From Balanoglossus misakiensis (lineage: Eukaryota; Animalia; Hemichordata): a stretch of DNA of 64,000 bases. A model generated the notes under the pieces. That model worked only from the letters and a program-made list of their open reading frames with translations, had not been told where the DNA came from and made no database searches. The position numbers and the translations under genes are program-made. The DNA is taken from positions 5,198,783-5,262,782 of the forward strand of contig CM082580.2 of the NCBI GenBank assembly GCA_040954595.2, in the 5' to 3' direction. Shown here in pieces: positions 11,423-24,473 of the stretch. Position 1 is the stretch's first letter, and each line of letters opens with the position of its first letter.

Positions 11423-13391
11423 ATGGCGGGTAAGAGTGTCATCAAAATCGCCATCCTTTTGAACATATTTCTGGCTGACGGAACATTCGGGTCGATTTTT
11501 AGAAGCCGGGGTTTGGACAAACTGTACCGTCTCTCCGGTGACCACCAACGCCACAACAACCCGCCCTGGCGACCGAAGAGACAGGCCAGTTACGGCTACA
11601 CCGAATCGAAACCCCCCGACCAGTACGGCCACCAGCCGGTCAAACAGCCCGGCACCGAAGACGATTACGTCGCAGACGCCAACGTCGCCGAAAACCAGTA
11701 CGACGATTACTACGGCAACGATGCTTACCAAGGTCGCCCTGGCAACGGAGACGACTTCTACAGAGGAAATCAGGACTACCTTGCAAATTACCACCAGGCA
11801 GATAACGCAGTTGTTCCTCCTGCTGGCAACGCTGGTAATGTTAAAAGCATAGGTGGCAACTACGGGCCTAAAAACATGTGGGACTATTTTCCAGGTAAGA
11901 CTATCGCGGAAATTAAGATACTTGCAATGAATGAGTGTGATGTAAAACCAGATGTGTTTCCTGGTGTGGCTTTTGTATTTTTGTTCATGTGCTCGGACAA
12001 AGCAGAAGGCCTGCGTTTCGTGTGGTGTACTGCTGGCAAAACAGCAGAAGCAAACACAGGCAGTGAATTCTAGAACCGCGTCCATGTCACCGGACACGAG
12101 AAACAACTCATTTGTGTTCGAATCTTTGTGTAATAATAAGGCATTCCATGGTAATGTTGGCTAACAGATAGCTCCCAAATGTGAAAGGACAATTGACGTT
12201 TCAAGTAATATCCCGGTACAAACGGCTATCAAAATGATTAATATTAATTTATACCATTTTGGGTTTTGCGTCTCTGTCACGTTTGACCATACGACAAGCA
12301 CGGTGAATGGCGACAAAGGCTGCAGACCACATTAGGTCTAAATTCTTTTGAAAACTTGTCTATGTGTGCTACGAAACGTAATTTTCGAACTGGGTTGAGA
12401 ATCGCGGTACAAAGAATAGCGCAGGCCTATACCAGTAAACTTGTATTTGTTGGAACCCAGGTAACGACTACAACTACTACGGTGGCGGTTTCGGCCACGT
12501 TCCAACCAACAACCCGTTCCGCGATTCGGAGTTCGTCCCACTCGGGGCGGGAGAGGCTATCGGTCCGGATGTGGTGAAGGACGAATTCGACAGAAATTAC
12601 GGGAACTTCTTCAGTGATTTTGACGGTGGGTACCACATATGGTGGTCTAGTTCTTGTATTTCTTTAAAATACGTCGATACACTCTCAACGAGCCGGAGCT
12701 TTAGATAGATGTTGCCGTAAATAGGCTCGTAATTTACGACGATGCGCCGATATCTAACTCTTCAATGGTGATTTATCGAAAAATTCCCCCAGTAACATCG
12801 AAAGGAATTCTCGGTGACCGATCTATCTGCAGCCGTGGTATTTACTACTACAGTTTGTATATACCGGTACGCAATGAATTTCACTTCAAAATTATTGCAT
12901 CTCGCCTCCGCAGATAAAATAGCGTTCAAGTTACCAACTCTCAGCGATAACTGTTGGCTGCAGGCAATGCTGGCCGTCGAATGGGGATTCTCACCAAACT
13001 GTAAAGTTGATGGCTCGTATGGACCAAAGCAATGCGCCAAGAAAAGGTATGTTACTTTTGGAGTACGAGAGTATAATTTGCCTTCGACCCAAGTGTCTTG
13101 TTTTGTATTCATATACGATACTTCACGAATAAAAATTAGAAAAGAAAAAAAGAGAGTAATACTGTGAGCTTGTACGACGTAAATTTGCTTTCAACATATG
13201 TTCTGTTTAAAACTTCTTCCGACAATTTTCTGTGCTTCGAAAACTCGGCGGCTGAGGGCACTTTCCTGTTTCTTTACAGGTGTTGGTGCACGAACTCGGG
13301 TGGCGAGAAAGTGAGGCGAAAAGGCGGGAAAAACAATGACGGGTTTTACTACGGCATTGACGGACTGCTTCTCCGATGCGATGAAAATTAA
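11423..13391 (+). CDS. 293-aa secreted Tyr/Asp/Gly/Asn-rich protein with a C-terminal thyroglobulin type-1 domain; exons 11423-11894, 12461-12625, 12914-13046, 13280-13391
   Basis: Four GT-AG exons join in frame (882 nt). N-terminal signal-like stretch, RPKR furin motif, and C-terminal CWLQ...PNCKVDGSYGPKQC...RCWCTNSGGE...C matching the Tg type-1 pattern (P-x-C-xx-DG-x-Y-x-P-x-QC, CWC) with six Cys. Confidence 0.85.
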
Positions 13392-13519
13392 TCAGTATTT
13401 TTTTTCTAAAACTATTAAAAAGATAAACGAAACGTGTTGGATTTGAGCCATGATCATGTGATTTGTAAATTACTAGTATACGACCAATACACACGCACAG
13501 TACATCAGATGAGAACAGA

Positions 13520-14785
13520 ATGTAACCATGGCAAACGTCTCACGAGATGTTGCATATCCAGACAAAAATGTCAATTTTGCTGACATTTAGAAGTTCAGCT
13601 CCTAACCTCTCCTGCACCTGATTGGCCCCAAGTAAACCACCAGCGGCTGACACTAACTGTTTCCTCTGCTGATTCATAAGGATCTGTGTCAGAGGATTTA
13701 TTCGACTAGTCAGAGGTGTTGATATCCCCCTGCTGAAAGTTGGGTGACTCCGGCTGCTTGGTCTCCGAGTCCGAGCCAGAGCTCAGCTGCACATGCTCAC
13801 TGTCCGGGTCCTTCACAGTGTCCATCTTTTCAGAGTCAGAATCTCCCACAGACTCGAACCGTTCACCATTGTCATATTCCACTGTGTACTGTTCAGTTGC
13901 CTGAGAGTCGGTTTGCCTCTTTGGCTCCACTTGTCTCCGACGTGTCACTCTCTCACCCGAGGCGACCGTTCTGTCGCTGGCAGATCCTTCTGACCCCGGA
14001 GTCTGCTCTATGTCTTCCCATTCACCGCCGGCGACATCGCTCCATTCTTCTTGTCTCGTTTCTCCGTCGTCTCCTCTGTCAATTTTCGTTGCTGGAGCAT
14101 CATCTTCTACTTGTGGCTCTTTTGCAGCTTCTCTGCTGACCATCATGGGCTCTCCGGCATCTTCCACTGGGTCGGGATCTATCCAGCAGCACTTCGGAAT
14201 CCCTTCTTGAAGTTCTTCCACCAAGTGGGGTCCTATACCTATACACAATTTGAATGAAAACAATTATGAAAACAACAGTGTATAACTTGTTGATTTAATA
14301 TTGGACTTCATCGATTTACTCAGATTATCTGACTGTGCATGTGATCAGAGGCAAACATTACTGAATATCTACAGCCAACAAAGTTAAAGTGGGGCCTTCA
14401 GCGATCAAGCCAATTATTGCACAGGCACTAACCTGGAATCGGGCCTCCCAGGTTTAATGGTATTCAAGAGCCTGCACAGCGTTCTTGGCGATGGCTGGAA
14501 ATGCCTGTGGGACATACTACAGCCAGTACAATTGAAAACATTAGGCGTTAAACAAAAATGTGGTCAAACTGTGTACGTACTGTGCATGACATCGTAAGCA
14601 CCTCTCAGATCATATCCTCTGCTCCAGGCGCCCGACGATGCCCCCGTAGTTACTTTCGGTTCACCGCCAGCATCACTTATTTTCGAAGGCGGTTCGCCAT
14701 CATTTCCCGTCGTCATAGGTTTCGCTGATTCCGCCGCCCCAGTATCATCTTGTTGCCTTCCGTACGTTGAGCTTTCTGTGCCCAT
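13520..14785 (-). pseudogene. Truncated third OGFr-like paralog (exon 1 and shortened acidic exon 2 only)
   Basis: Clear homology to exons 1-2 of the copies at 16483-22547 and 24474-29000; GAG>TAG stop at 13706-13708; homology ends ~13520 and none of the OGFr-domain exons follow. Confidence 0.8.
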
Positions 14786-16482
14786 TTTGTAACCAGTGAA
14801 CCGACTTTCCCTTCACAAGGTCGCATTGGCTTCCCTGGGGTAAGGTCAAGTTTGCAAAATTAAATGGCTGATGTTTTGAACACTTCCGGGTTTAAGGCTG
14901 GTCTTTTTCAGAACGTCATTCCACACGGAAAAACTAAGCCATGTAAAATATTCGTAAATTTACTAGATAGATATAGCTTATATAAGCTTATTTAATGATA
15001 TATTTTAAGCAACAAAATATTATTTGGATTATTTAAAATGAAACCCGATAAATATCCTCGAATAGAGCACTGCAAATGCTAAGCATGTCATGTTCTTGTC
15101 CCCAGATGGCCACCACTACACCGTAGCACACGAAAACAAAAGGGATCCACACATACAAATACCACCGGAATCTATAAAAAACAATTTTAATTTATATAAT
15201 ATCAATCGATCAACAGCAACAAACAAACATACACACTACAAACAAGGAGGTAGAGGGGACAAAACGACATTCTGGCATTAACCTTCACCTTTCACCCCTC
15301 TGACATTTGGGTCAATGACAGACACGTAAACAAATATTCAGAGATCCACTTTATTGACAAAAACGCAGCTCAGCTGCAATAAAAACTGGAACAACTTTCA
15401 TTTATTGTATCAAGAATGATTCTGCAGATATGTGCTATTGCTAAATGATAATTTTTGTAACCTTTTTTTACATCCTGAAAGATTCCTCCTGGATATATAT
15501 CTGATATGACGTTAATGTTCGTTTTTTATGTTTACATAACATCTTTATAATAAAGCATTCCTGCAGTGTGTTTGACACAACTTGCAAAATAATTGAATAA
15601 GTACAATCATGGTACAACAGGACCCCCACTGTAAAACTTAACATTTTACAAAATATGTATAGAAATCATTTTGAAATGATATTGAATTTTGCAATATCAG
15701 CACACAATTATACATGTATACACAACTGAGTTGTTTTACATTAACCTCCCCCACAAATTTACACATCCAGTTTTACAAAAGTTCAGTGTTTCATCATTGT
15801 TCATATTCTTATACAAAATAGGGTCAAGGACAATGTGCTCCTATTTGAACATGTACATCTGTTTGGAAAACAGTTGTGACAGAATTGACCAATCACAGCC
15901 AACGTTTGCAAGATTTCTTCACTCTACCTAAGTTTCATATATTTCAAATGCCATCTTTTCAGAATGACTGTTATGGTAAAATTATACTGACTGAAGGTGA
16001 AAATTATACCAAATATTTTTAACCCTTCACAGAAAAATGCCCCTCCCCCACCACCAATACACTTGGAGCAGAAATCCAAATTTGAAGTACATGCAGCTGC
16101 AGGTATTGTTAAAACAATACTTGTGAAAATTACACTGTCTCAGAAAATCCTGTATTACCAATGCACCCCCCTTGAACAACCAGGCCAAAACAAATACATA
16201 TAAGGATTAGGACATGAATTATTACCAGAGTGATATGTGAGATTTCTTGACGTTTTTTTGTCGCCAGTTGACCTACATCTGTTGACCTTTGACACGGTAT
16301 TTACAGCTAATCAGTGATGCCCGTCATGATGTAAACCAGTGACATAATTATAATGTTTGATGCTGGGCTGACCCGTGACACGTATCATTCCAGCTGACCA
16401 ACAACAAAGGGCATTACAATCAACATTGTGGTCACATGGTATCACAGTTATCCAATCACATGAGGTGTTACTGAGAGCTCAC

Positions 16483-19400
16483 TCAGTAGTTCTCCTCGAC
16501 GTACTTGATCAGTCTCTTCCTGTCTTTGCCACTTTTGATGGTGTGCAACCAGTACTGGACACAGCTGTTCTGACAGTTCCTGAGTTCTCCTTCTTCGAAT
16601 ATTTCTCTCAGTACAAACTCCACAAACGGTGTCTTCAGATGCTCATAGCCGAGCTCTCCCAGGGATTTCAATATCCTTGTTATCCTCAGGTAGTTGTGCA
16701 TGGATCTGTGAAAGATTACCAAATACTATATTTATGCAATGTACTTTTTTTTTCAACAAGACAAAAGAAAAACCAACTGATATACACGCATTTATGCATC
16801 TGAATAGTGTACTGTTCCCTACATTCTGGAGCCAGGGTTCTCCTCACAACAGTTGGGCCTGACCAGCACTCAAGTGAAAAAGCAAGCAAAAGCTGCCAGC
16901 AGGTGCTATTTTGTCTCAAATTGATACATTGATGAATGGGTATGACTTGCACCAGACAGGAAAATTAATGAATACGAATATTGATGAGCATGAATATTAA
17001 TGAATAGCCAGCCCTCAAGTCAAGCTGGGCAGAACCCTGTGGTTCTATTCCCAAATGGACACATTTGACCATGGCTACCAGAGGTAGTGTACTACCACCG
17101 AAATAATGACCATGACGCATCCACTTCAGTTTACAAAAAGATATCAGGAATGCTCGCTTCACGGGACTTTCCTTTGAGTATCTGGACAACAAGAAAAGAA
17201 CCAGTGTCAAAGCGACTTGCCTGCTGAGATGACGATATCTTTCCCTAAAATGTGGAGCCCTCTTTATTGTTCCCTTCTGCTTGTCCTCCAGTTCCATGCC
17301 GTAGAAATCCAGCATCATTTGGTAGGATTTCAGCACCCTGGCCGATGCCTTTCGATCACTTTTGATCGCCTAAAAAAACAAAACAAGAACACCCAAAAAT
17401 GTTTTAAGGGAAGAAGTGTGCACATTTGGATATTGTTTCCCTAGGGAACTAATTCATGTCACTGTTGCTAGTAACGGTAGCTGTTTGCCAGCAACACCTG
17501 CTGTCCACCGTTGAGGGCGCACTATTTAACCTCATGGATCAGTTGATGCTGGATTCAAACTGCAGACAACAAGTAATCTGTCTGGTAATGGCTAAGTACA
17601 ACCATGATGGAAAATTTAATGAGAGATGGAAACATCAAGTGTAGCTATTTTGTGTCAAATTTAACTTTATTTGATATCAATTCCTGCACACACAACAAAT
17701 ATACTCGAATATGCCTCTTCTGATAGGAGAGCTGATACACAAGTTATTTTTCGTGCAATTTACGCAAACGTGCACCCACAAACAATATCCATTCAGTACT
17801 GCAATTAAAATGGTCTCACCTCGGCCTCATGCAACTGTAATTCTTGTGCCTGATAGTTGACACCGCTCTCTCTGATGGGGAACAACCTGTAAGTAAAGAA
17901 GTTGAACATGCAGTAACTTCGCTGCATCATCATTGGGTCGCCAAATTGAGATGTCAAATCTATTTAAACTACTTTCTACACTCACTGCATTCCTGTGAAC
18001 CAAACAAACAACGTGATGTTTAACATTTCTTATTAAAGTCACACATCTGTCCCACCCTCCCCAACTACTATACCTACCACTGGATGAAACCCTGGTGGCT
18101 CTCCAACAGATCAAAGTTTCCCCACCAGTTTCGATGGATGTTGTCAATATAATCACCTGAAAGCGAAGAAAATATTATGAACTTCATCATCAAAAAGCAT
18201 GTTGGTATTTTTTCTGAGCAAAATATTCTCAATTTGGTTATTTTTCCTGTATTGATGAACTTGGTATGTATGGATACAACTGAGACTACATGTACATGTA
18301 ATAGTATCTCACAGCTCTGAGGACCTGGGATCAGATTGTGCCTAACGCGAGACAAAAAATCTACAATTCTTGTGAGAATTCTTCTAAGTAGTTCATCTCT
18401 AGCTTATATACATGCAGTGCATACATACCTCTTGGTTCTGACTCTATAACATTCTTGTAAAACAGAAGATTATCTTTCAGTGACGGATCATCCTTCTTGC
18501 CCTTTGGAAAGAGAAAAAACACTGTTACCAGAGAATATCACTCCAAAGTGAGCTTTCCATATCAAGCATTCAATTTTATCAACACATTTTTCAAACTTCA
18601 AAATTTGAGAATTCTGCTAATCCTGCTATACATGTAGTCGTACATTTTCACAAAAAAATCCCCACAACTCTTGGCCTAATGACGCTAAAAAGATAATTTG
18701 CCTTGTGATGGCCAATGGGTTGATGAGTAGATGGTTACTGTGGCAACCCTCTGATACATGCAAAAGACACTTCCAAAAGCTCACAATCACTGACATGACC
18801 TTGTGCTTGCAACATTGACATTTAAACTTACAGGATAACCTTGTCTGTAATCTCTTGTGTCTTTGCTGCTCCATTGAGTCACCAGCCTTGGCTTTTTAGC
18901 TCTCTGTAGAAAAGAGAAACATGAACTTATAGATAGTGAAGATATTTCTGTGATAAAACAGATCGTACATGTATTAGGATTGAAGGAAGGTGACCATTCT
19001 AGCTAGAATCAAACCGTGGCGTGTCTGATGTGACATTGCATATCCGAACAAAGTTGGCAATTTTGCCGACATTTTCAAGTTCAGTTTCTAACCTCTCCTG
19101 CGCCTGTTTGTCCCCACGGCGACCACCAGCTGTTGCCACCACCATGGGTGTCCTCTTCTGCAGATTCATAATCATCCGTGTCGGCTGATTTATCGGACTC
19201 ATCGTCGGTGTGGAAATCCCCCTGCTGAAAGTTGGATGACTCTGGCTGCTCGGCCTCAGAGTCCGAGCCAGAGCTCAGCTGCACACGCTCACCGTCCGGA
19301 TCCTTCACAGGGTCCATCTTTTCAGAGTCAGAATCTCCCGCAGACTCGATCTGTTCATCATTGTTATATTCCATTGTGTACTGTTCAGTTTCTTGGGAGT

Positions 19401-22400
19401 CGGTTTGCCTTAGTTTTTCAGGCTCGTCTTCGTCCTCCTCCTGTCTTTGATTCTCTGAGTCAGTGTTGTCACTTCGTTCGCTGTCCTCCACGTCATCTTC
19501 CACTTCATCTGTCTGCTCCACTTTTTCTTCATCCTGTTTATCTACTAGTACTTCTTTAACAACATCTTCAACGACTACACTTGTTTCCTCTGGCGGTTCG
19601 TCGGTCGTGACTCCATCCTCCTCTTTCACTTCAGCTGTAGCTTCCACTTCCGCAACCTTGGCAACCGCAGGTTCGACTTCAACAACATCATCAGTTTTCG
19701 CAGAGTCCGATTTCTCCGCCGCCCCTTCGCCGGAGACGACCGTCTCCTCTTTCTCCGTGGCATCAGCCCCGGCATCTTCCAATTCCTCAATCACAACAAC
19801 GTCCTGTTGAGTTTGGGAATCGTCTCTGTCCTCCACTTCCTTCATTTCTTGCTCTTGTGCATCCTCTTTGATCTCTGCTCGGTCGTTAGGCACGGCGAGG
19901 CCTCCTTCTCCCTCTGGTTCAGTCTCCACTTCTGCCACAGTTGGCTCTTTTGGAACTCGTTCCGTTTCCCCCGACGCAGTCACCTCGTCAGTTTGCCTTT
20001 TTGGCTCCACTTGTATCCGTGTCACTCTCTCACCCAAGGCGACCATTCCGTCGCTGGCAGATCCTTTTGACCCTGGGGTCAGCTCTATGTCTTCCCAGTC
20101 ACCGCTGGCGACATCGCTTTCTTTCCTTTGTCTCGTTTCTCCATCCTCTCCTCTCTCAACTTTCGTTGCAGGAGCATCATCTTCTACTTGTGGCTCTCTT
20201 GCAGCTTCTTCGCTGACCATCATGGGCTCTCCTGCATCTTCCACTGGGTCGGGATCTATCAAGCTGCATGCTTCAAACAAAACAGGTTGATTCTGTTTAC
20301 ATTTATGGGCAGCATTGGTTAATTAACCTTTGGATTATAATTACAATTATTTTTTGTTGTTGTCAGTAATACATGTACGTTTATGCCGAAATGGCGGTAA
20401 CAGACCAAACTCTCAGATATTTGAGGAATGTCGCCACGCTTTTAGAGATTTGTGATACCCTATAGATAACAGGGCGGTAAGACTTCGTTAACTATTATTT
20501 GGAGGAGGAGGGGTGAGATAGCTTGAATGCGTCGAACGCAAAAGTTGCAGAACAGTTGGAATGTCATTAATCATGATGTTTGTACTTCACCATCAGTATT
20601 TGTGATGATTTTTGGCAATGTTGTTTGTCGCCCTTCAGTTGAAACCAACGAAAGTAACAAAATTCAATCGAATTCTACGGCGTATATCACCATCAAATTT
20701 TCGTCCACAGAGTTCTGTTCGGCCTGATGGCGATGACGTTCTTCTTGTCAATGTGGATGATAAACTCCGCAACTGCGGTGATGATGGTACCAATAGCACA
20801 GGCACTTGCCGAGGAGATCAAGAGAGATAAAGCTCAGGTATGGCATACGCTGATACAAAGACACCTCTTAAACATTGGAATTTGTCTCGGTTCGACACCA
20901 GCATGCATTGCGAACATGCTAAGTATATCATTCGGTTTTATGCGAAAGTGTGTAGTATTGTATCCCTCGGAAGATGCGCAATGCAAGTAGCCGTGTATAT
21001 ATTTTTTTCGTTTTAGCTCGAATTGCGGACAACCCAAGAACCAAGCGAAGAAATTATCCTACGCAACGCAACAAGTCACGAATCAATTTCCAAACTAAGT
21101 GACAGGGACAATCAAATTGGAAATAGTTCGCAGATAGGAAATGGTTGCCTTAAGAAAGACATGAGGTAGGCCTATAGATATATGTGGTTAGGTCTCGCTT
21201 GGTGACATTTAATGATTTCCATGCATGTATTCCCCTACGACAAAGTCGAATTTCCGCACTCCAGGTGTTCCCTGAAAGGTGAATGCATACAACTTCTCAT
21301 GTCACACGCTGCTCAAACTTTTAATTCACTAAACAGGAACGCCTCTACCGAAACAAGCTACTTGCTCAAGGGTGTAAAAGCGGGAGGTGACGACGCACAG
21401 AACACGTCATGTAACATCAACAAGGCCTTTCTGTTAGGTATCGGATACAGTGCATCGATGGGTGGATCGGCTACTCTTGTTGGAAAGAACAGTGTCATTA
21501 TCATGAACGAATTCCTCACAGAGTAAGTTTTCAAATTTCACTATAAATCTTTAGATATAAAGGTTGGCTGTAAAAACTGGACTTTGCTGAACTATGTAGA
21601 TTTAAATCCTGTATAAGTATGCTAATTTTACGATTTTGTTAATTGTACAGGAGGTACGGTTCGGATGCTATGAATTTCAGTTCGTGGATGGTAGTAGCCT
21701 TACCGTGTCAACTTATCATTATATGTTTTGGATGGGTATGGTTGCAGTGGTTATTTCTGGATCTCAAGTAAGTAAGAAGCCATCCAATTTTTTTAATCCG
21801 CAAAAAGTACTTCCCCGCAGACCAATTTGAATGTCATCCACAACAAATGCAGCAATACAGAATGAATCAATTACCACATTTTGGTCAAAAACATACCATA
21901 CTAGTAATATATAATATAACTTTATTTTATACGGCAGACTGAAGAATTTTTGCAAATATAAATGTAAAAGAAAAAGAAATCGGGAAGCGAAGAAAAATTG
22001 CGCCATTAAGGCTTACTTACTCGGGCAGATGGAAGAGCTTGGTAGGTCATCATTCTGACAGACACCTGTGCGTTGAAACCTTTGTTATTGAATTGTTTGG
22101 GTCCTTTTTTTTTTTTCTCATTTCCTCATTACAGCATATGTAAAAATTATGTTACTATACTGTCACTGCCACTTGACCAGGACTAGGACTGTACCATTTT
22201 CTGGTAGGGAGGTTTAGTCATGTTTTAAAAAAGTACTTCCTAACTCTAACATGCCCCACCAAAGAATGATATCCAAGTTGCCACCGTTTACTACCTTTCC
22301 TCAGATTATACGTGTATCCTCTGCTACGCCTGCCCGGTGTGCCCGCCGTTACTTTCGGTTCACCGCTCGCACTGGCAGCTCTTCTTTTCGAAGGCGGTTC

Positions 22401-22547
22401 GCCATCATTTCCCGTCATCATTGGTTTCGCTGATTCCGTCGTCTCAGGATCATCTCGTTGCTTTCCGTACTTTGAGCTTTCTGCGCCCATCTTGTTACCT
22501 GTGGACTGCGTTTTTGGTGCACCGGCCTTCCGTTTTCGTCGCCTCAT
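16483..22547 (-). CDS. OGFr/OGFRL1-like protein, copy B: long acidic N-terminal region plus C-terminal OGFr conserved domain (8 coding exons)
   Basis: Spliced exons give DYRQGYP / NLLFYKN / IDNIHRNWWGNFDLLESHQGFIQW / LFPIRE-GVNYQAQELQLHE / SYQMMLDFYG / HNYLRITRILKSLGELG, hallmark motifs of the OGFr_N domain; exon 1 22547-~22295, acidic exon 2 ~20270-19093. Confidence 0.9.
20711..22041 (+). pseudogene. Internal five-exon fragment of an SLC13 (Na+/sulfate-dicarboxylate, INDY-like) transporter inserted in intron 1 of OGFr-like copy B; exons 20711-20837, 21017-21165, 21337-21522, 21651-21767, 21938-~22041
   Basis: FFLSMWMINSATAVMMVPIAQA, KAFLLGIGYSASMGGSATLVG, MNFSSWMVVALP...WVWLQWLFL, ...EELG are SLC13 motifs; exons splice in frame; no N- or C-terminal exons; absent from the same intron of copy A. 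Confidence 0.88.
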
Positions 22548-24473
22548 TGATTTTCCTGGTACTGTCAAGTTTGCAAAGTTATAAATTGCTGTTGGTGATC
22601 GCTTCCGGGTTTAGCGCGGGACTTTTTCAGAACGTCATTCCTCAGAAAAAATCAATGCCATGCACAATATGCCCATACTTTCTACAGTAACATAGCTTGC
22701 AAATTTAGTGATATATTTCAATCCTTCTATTTTTCATTTGGCTCATTTAAGATATAAAAAACAATGAATATTTTTCTTAAATACTGTACTGCAAATGCTA
22801 GCGTTAAACGTTAAACATGTCATATCCTTGTCTCTAGATGGCGCGCTGTAGAGCGCATGAAACCGAAACAGTGTGTAACCACGGGAGTAACCGTGATGTA
22901 ACTAGGGAACACAAAAGGGGAAAAAATCATTCACACTATTGTAAACTACCTAAGCTTTATCACTTTCGATTTAAAAAAATCAAATTATTATTATTACAGT
23001 TGTGGATATCTAAATGCTGACCCAACTAGGTCTATCCCATATCCCAAAAATTATCCATGAAATTAGAACTGTCTCTTGCAAGAGTTCATCCAGTAGGATG
23101 GATCTCATCTTGGCAACTGTTGGAAAAATCTTCAAGACGTGTGTTCTTGCCTGCTGGTTATTTTGAATCTAAACTAAACCAACTGGGTAAATTTTGAAAT
23201 GCAGCCAGGTGTTGGGGTGAAAGGTCACCATCTGGGTATCAGAATTCAATCACAAGGGTCACAGAGACTAATCAAAAGGACACTCAGGTATTAACCTTCA
23301 CCTTTGACCCCTCTGACATTTAGATCAATGACAGACACGTAAACAAATATTCAGAGATCCACTTTATTGACAAAAACGCAGCTCAGCTGCAATAAAAACT
23401 GGAACAACTTTCATTTCTTGTATCAAGAATGATTCTGCAGATATGTGCTATTGCTAAATGATATTAATATTTTGCAACCTTTTTTACATCCTCAAAGATT
23501 CCTCCTGGATATATCTGATATGACGTCAATGTTCGTTTTTTATGTTTTAATAACATATTTATAATATAGCATTCCCACAGTGTGTTTGACACAACTTGCA
23601 AAATACTTGAATAAGTACAATCATGGTACAACAGGACCCCCACTGTAAAACTCTTCACATTTAACAAAATATGTATAGACATTTGAAATGATATTGAATT
23701 TTGCAATATCAGCACACATTATATACATGCACATATATATTCAACTGAGTTGTTTAACATAAAAATACACAAATTAACACATTCCATTTGTACAAATGTT
23801 CGGTGTTCCATATTCTTATACAAAATAGGGTCAAGGACAATGTGCTCCCATTTTAACATGTACATCTGTTTGAAAAACAGAATTGACCAATCACAGCCAA
23901 CTTTTACAAGATTTCTTCACTATACCCAAGTTTCACATATTTCAAAGGCCATCCTTTCAGAATGACTGTTATGGTAAAATTATACTGACTGAAGGTGAAA
24001 ATTTTTACCAAATATTTTTAACCCTTAACAGAAAAATGCCCCTCCCCCACCACCAATACACTCGGTGCAGAAATCCAAGTTTGAAGTACATGCAGCTGCA
24101 GGCATTGTTAAAAACAATACTTGTGAAAATTACACTGTCTCAGAAAATCCTGTATTACCAATGCACCCCCTTGAACAACCAGGCCAAAAAAATATATATA
24201 AGGATTAGGACATGAATTATTACTAGAGTGATATGTGAGATTTTTTGACGTTTTTCTTGTCGCCAGTTGACCTACAGCTGTTGACCTTTGACACAGGTAT
24301 TTACAGCTAATCAGTGATGCCCGTCATGATGTAAACCAGTGACATCTGTTTGAGGCTGGACTGACCCGTGACACATATAATTTCAGCTGACCAACGGCAA
24401 AGAGCATTACAATCAACCTTGTGGTCACATGATATCACAGTTGTCCAATCACACGAGGTGTTACTGAGCTCAC

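Noticed and set aside
11408-12106. 232-aa minus-strand hydrophobic ORF
   Set aside because: Antisense shadow of the Tyr-rich exon 1 on the plus strand.
12356-12577. Thr-rich mucin-like ORF (VTTTTTTVAV)
   Set aside because: Wrong frame; splice phase selects the GNDYNYYGGGF frame for exon 2.
19232-20290. Ser/Thr-rich plus-strand ORFs (also 27279-28369)
   Set aside because: Antisense shadows of the Glu/Asp-rich OGFr-like exon 2.
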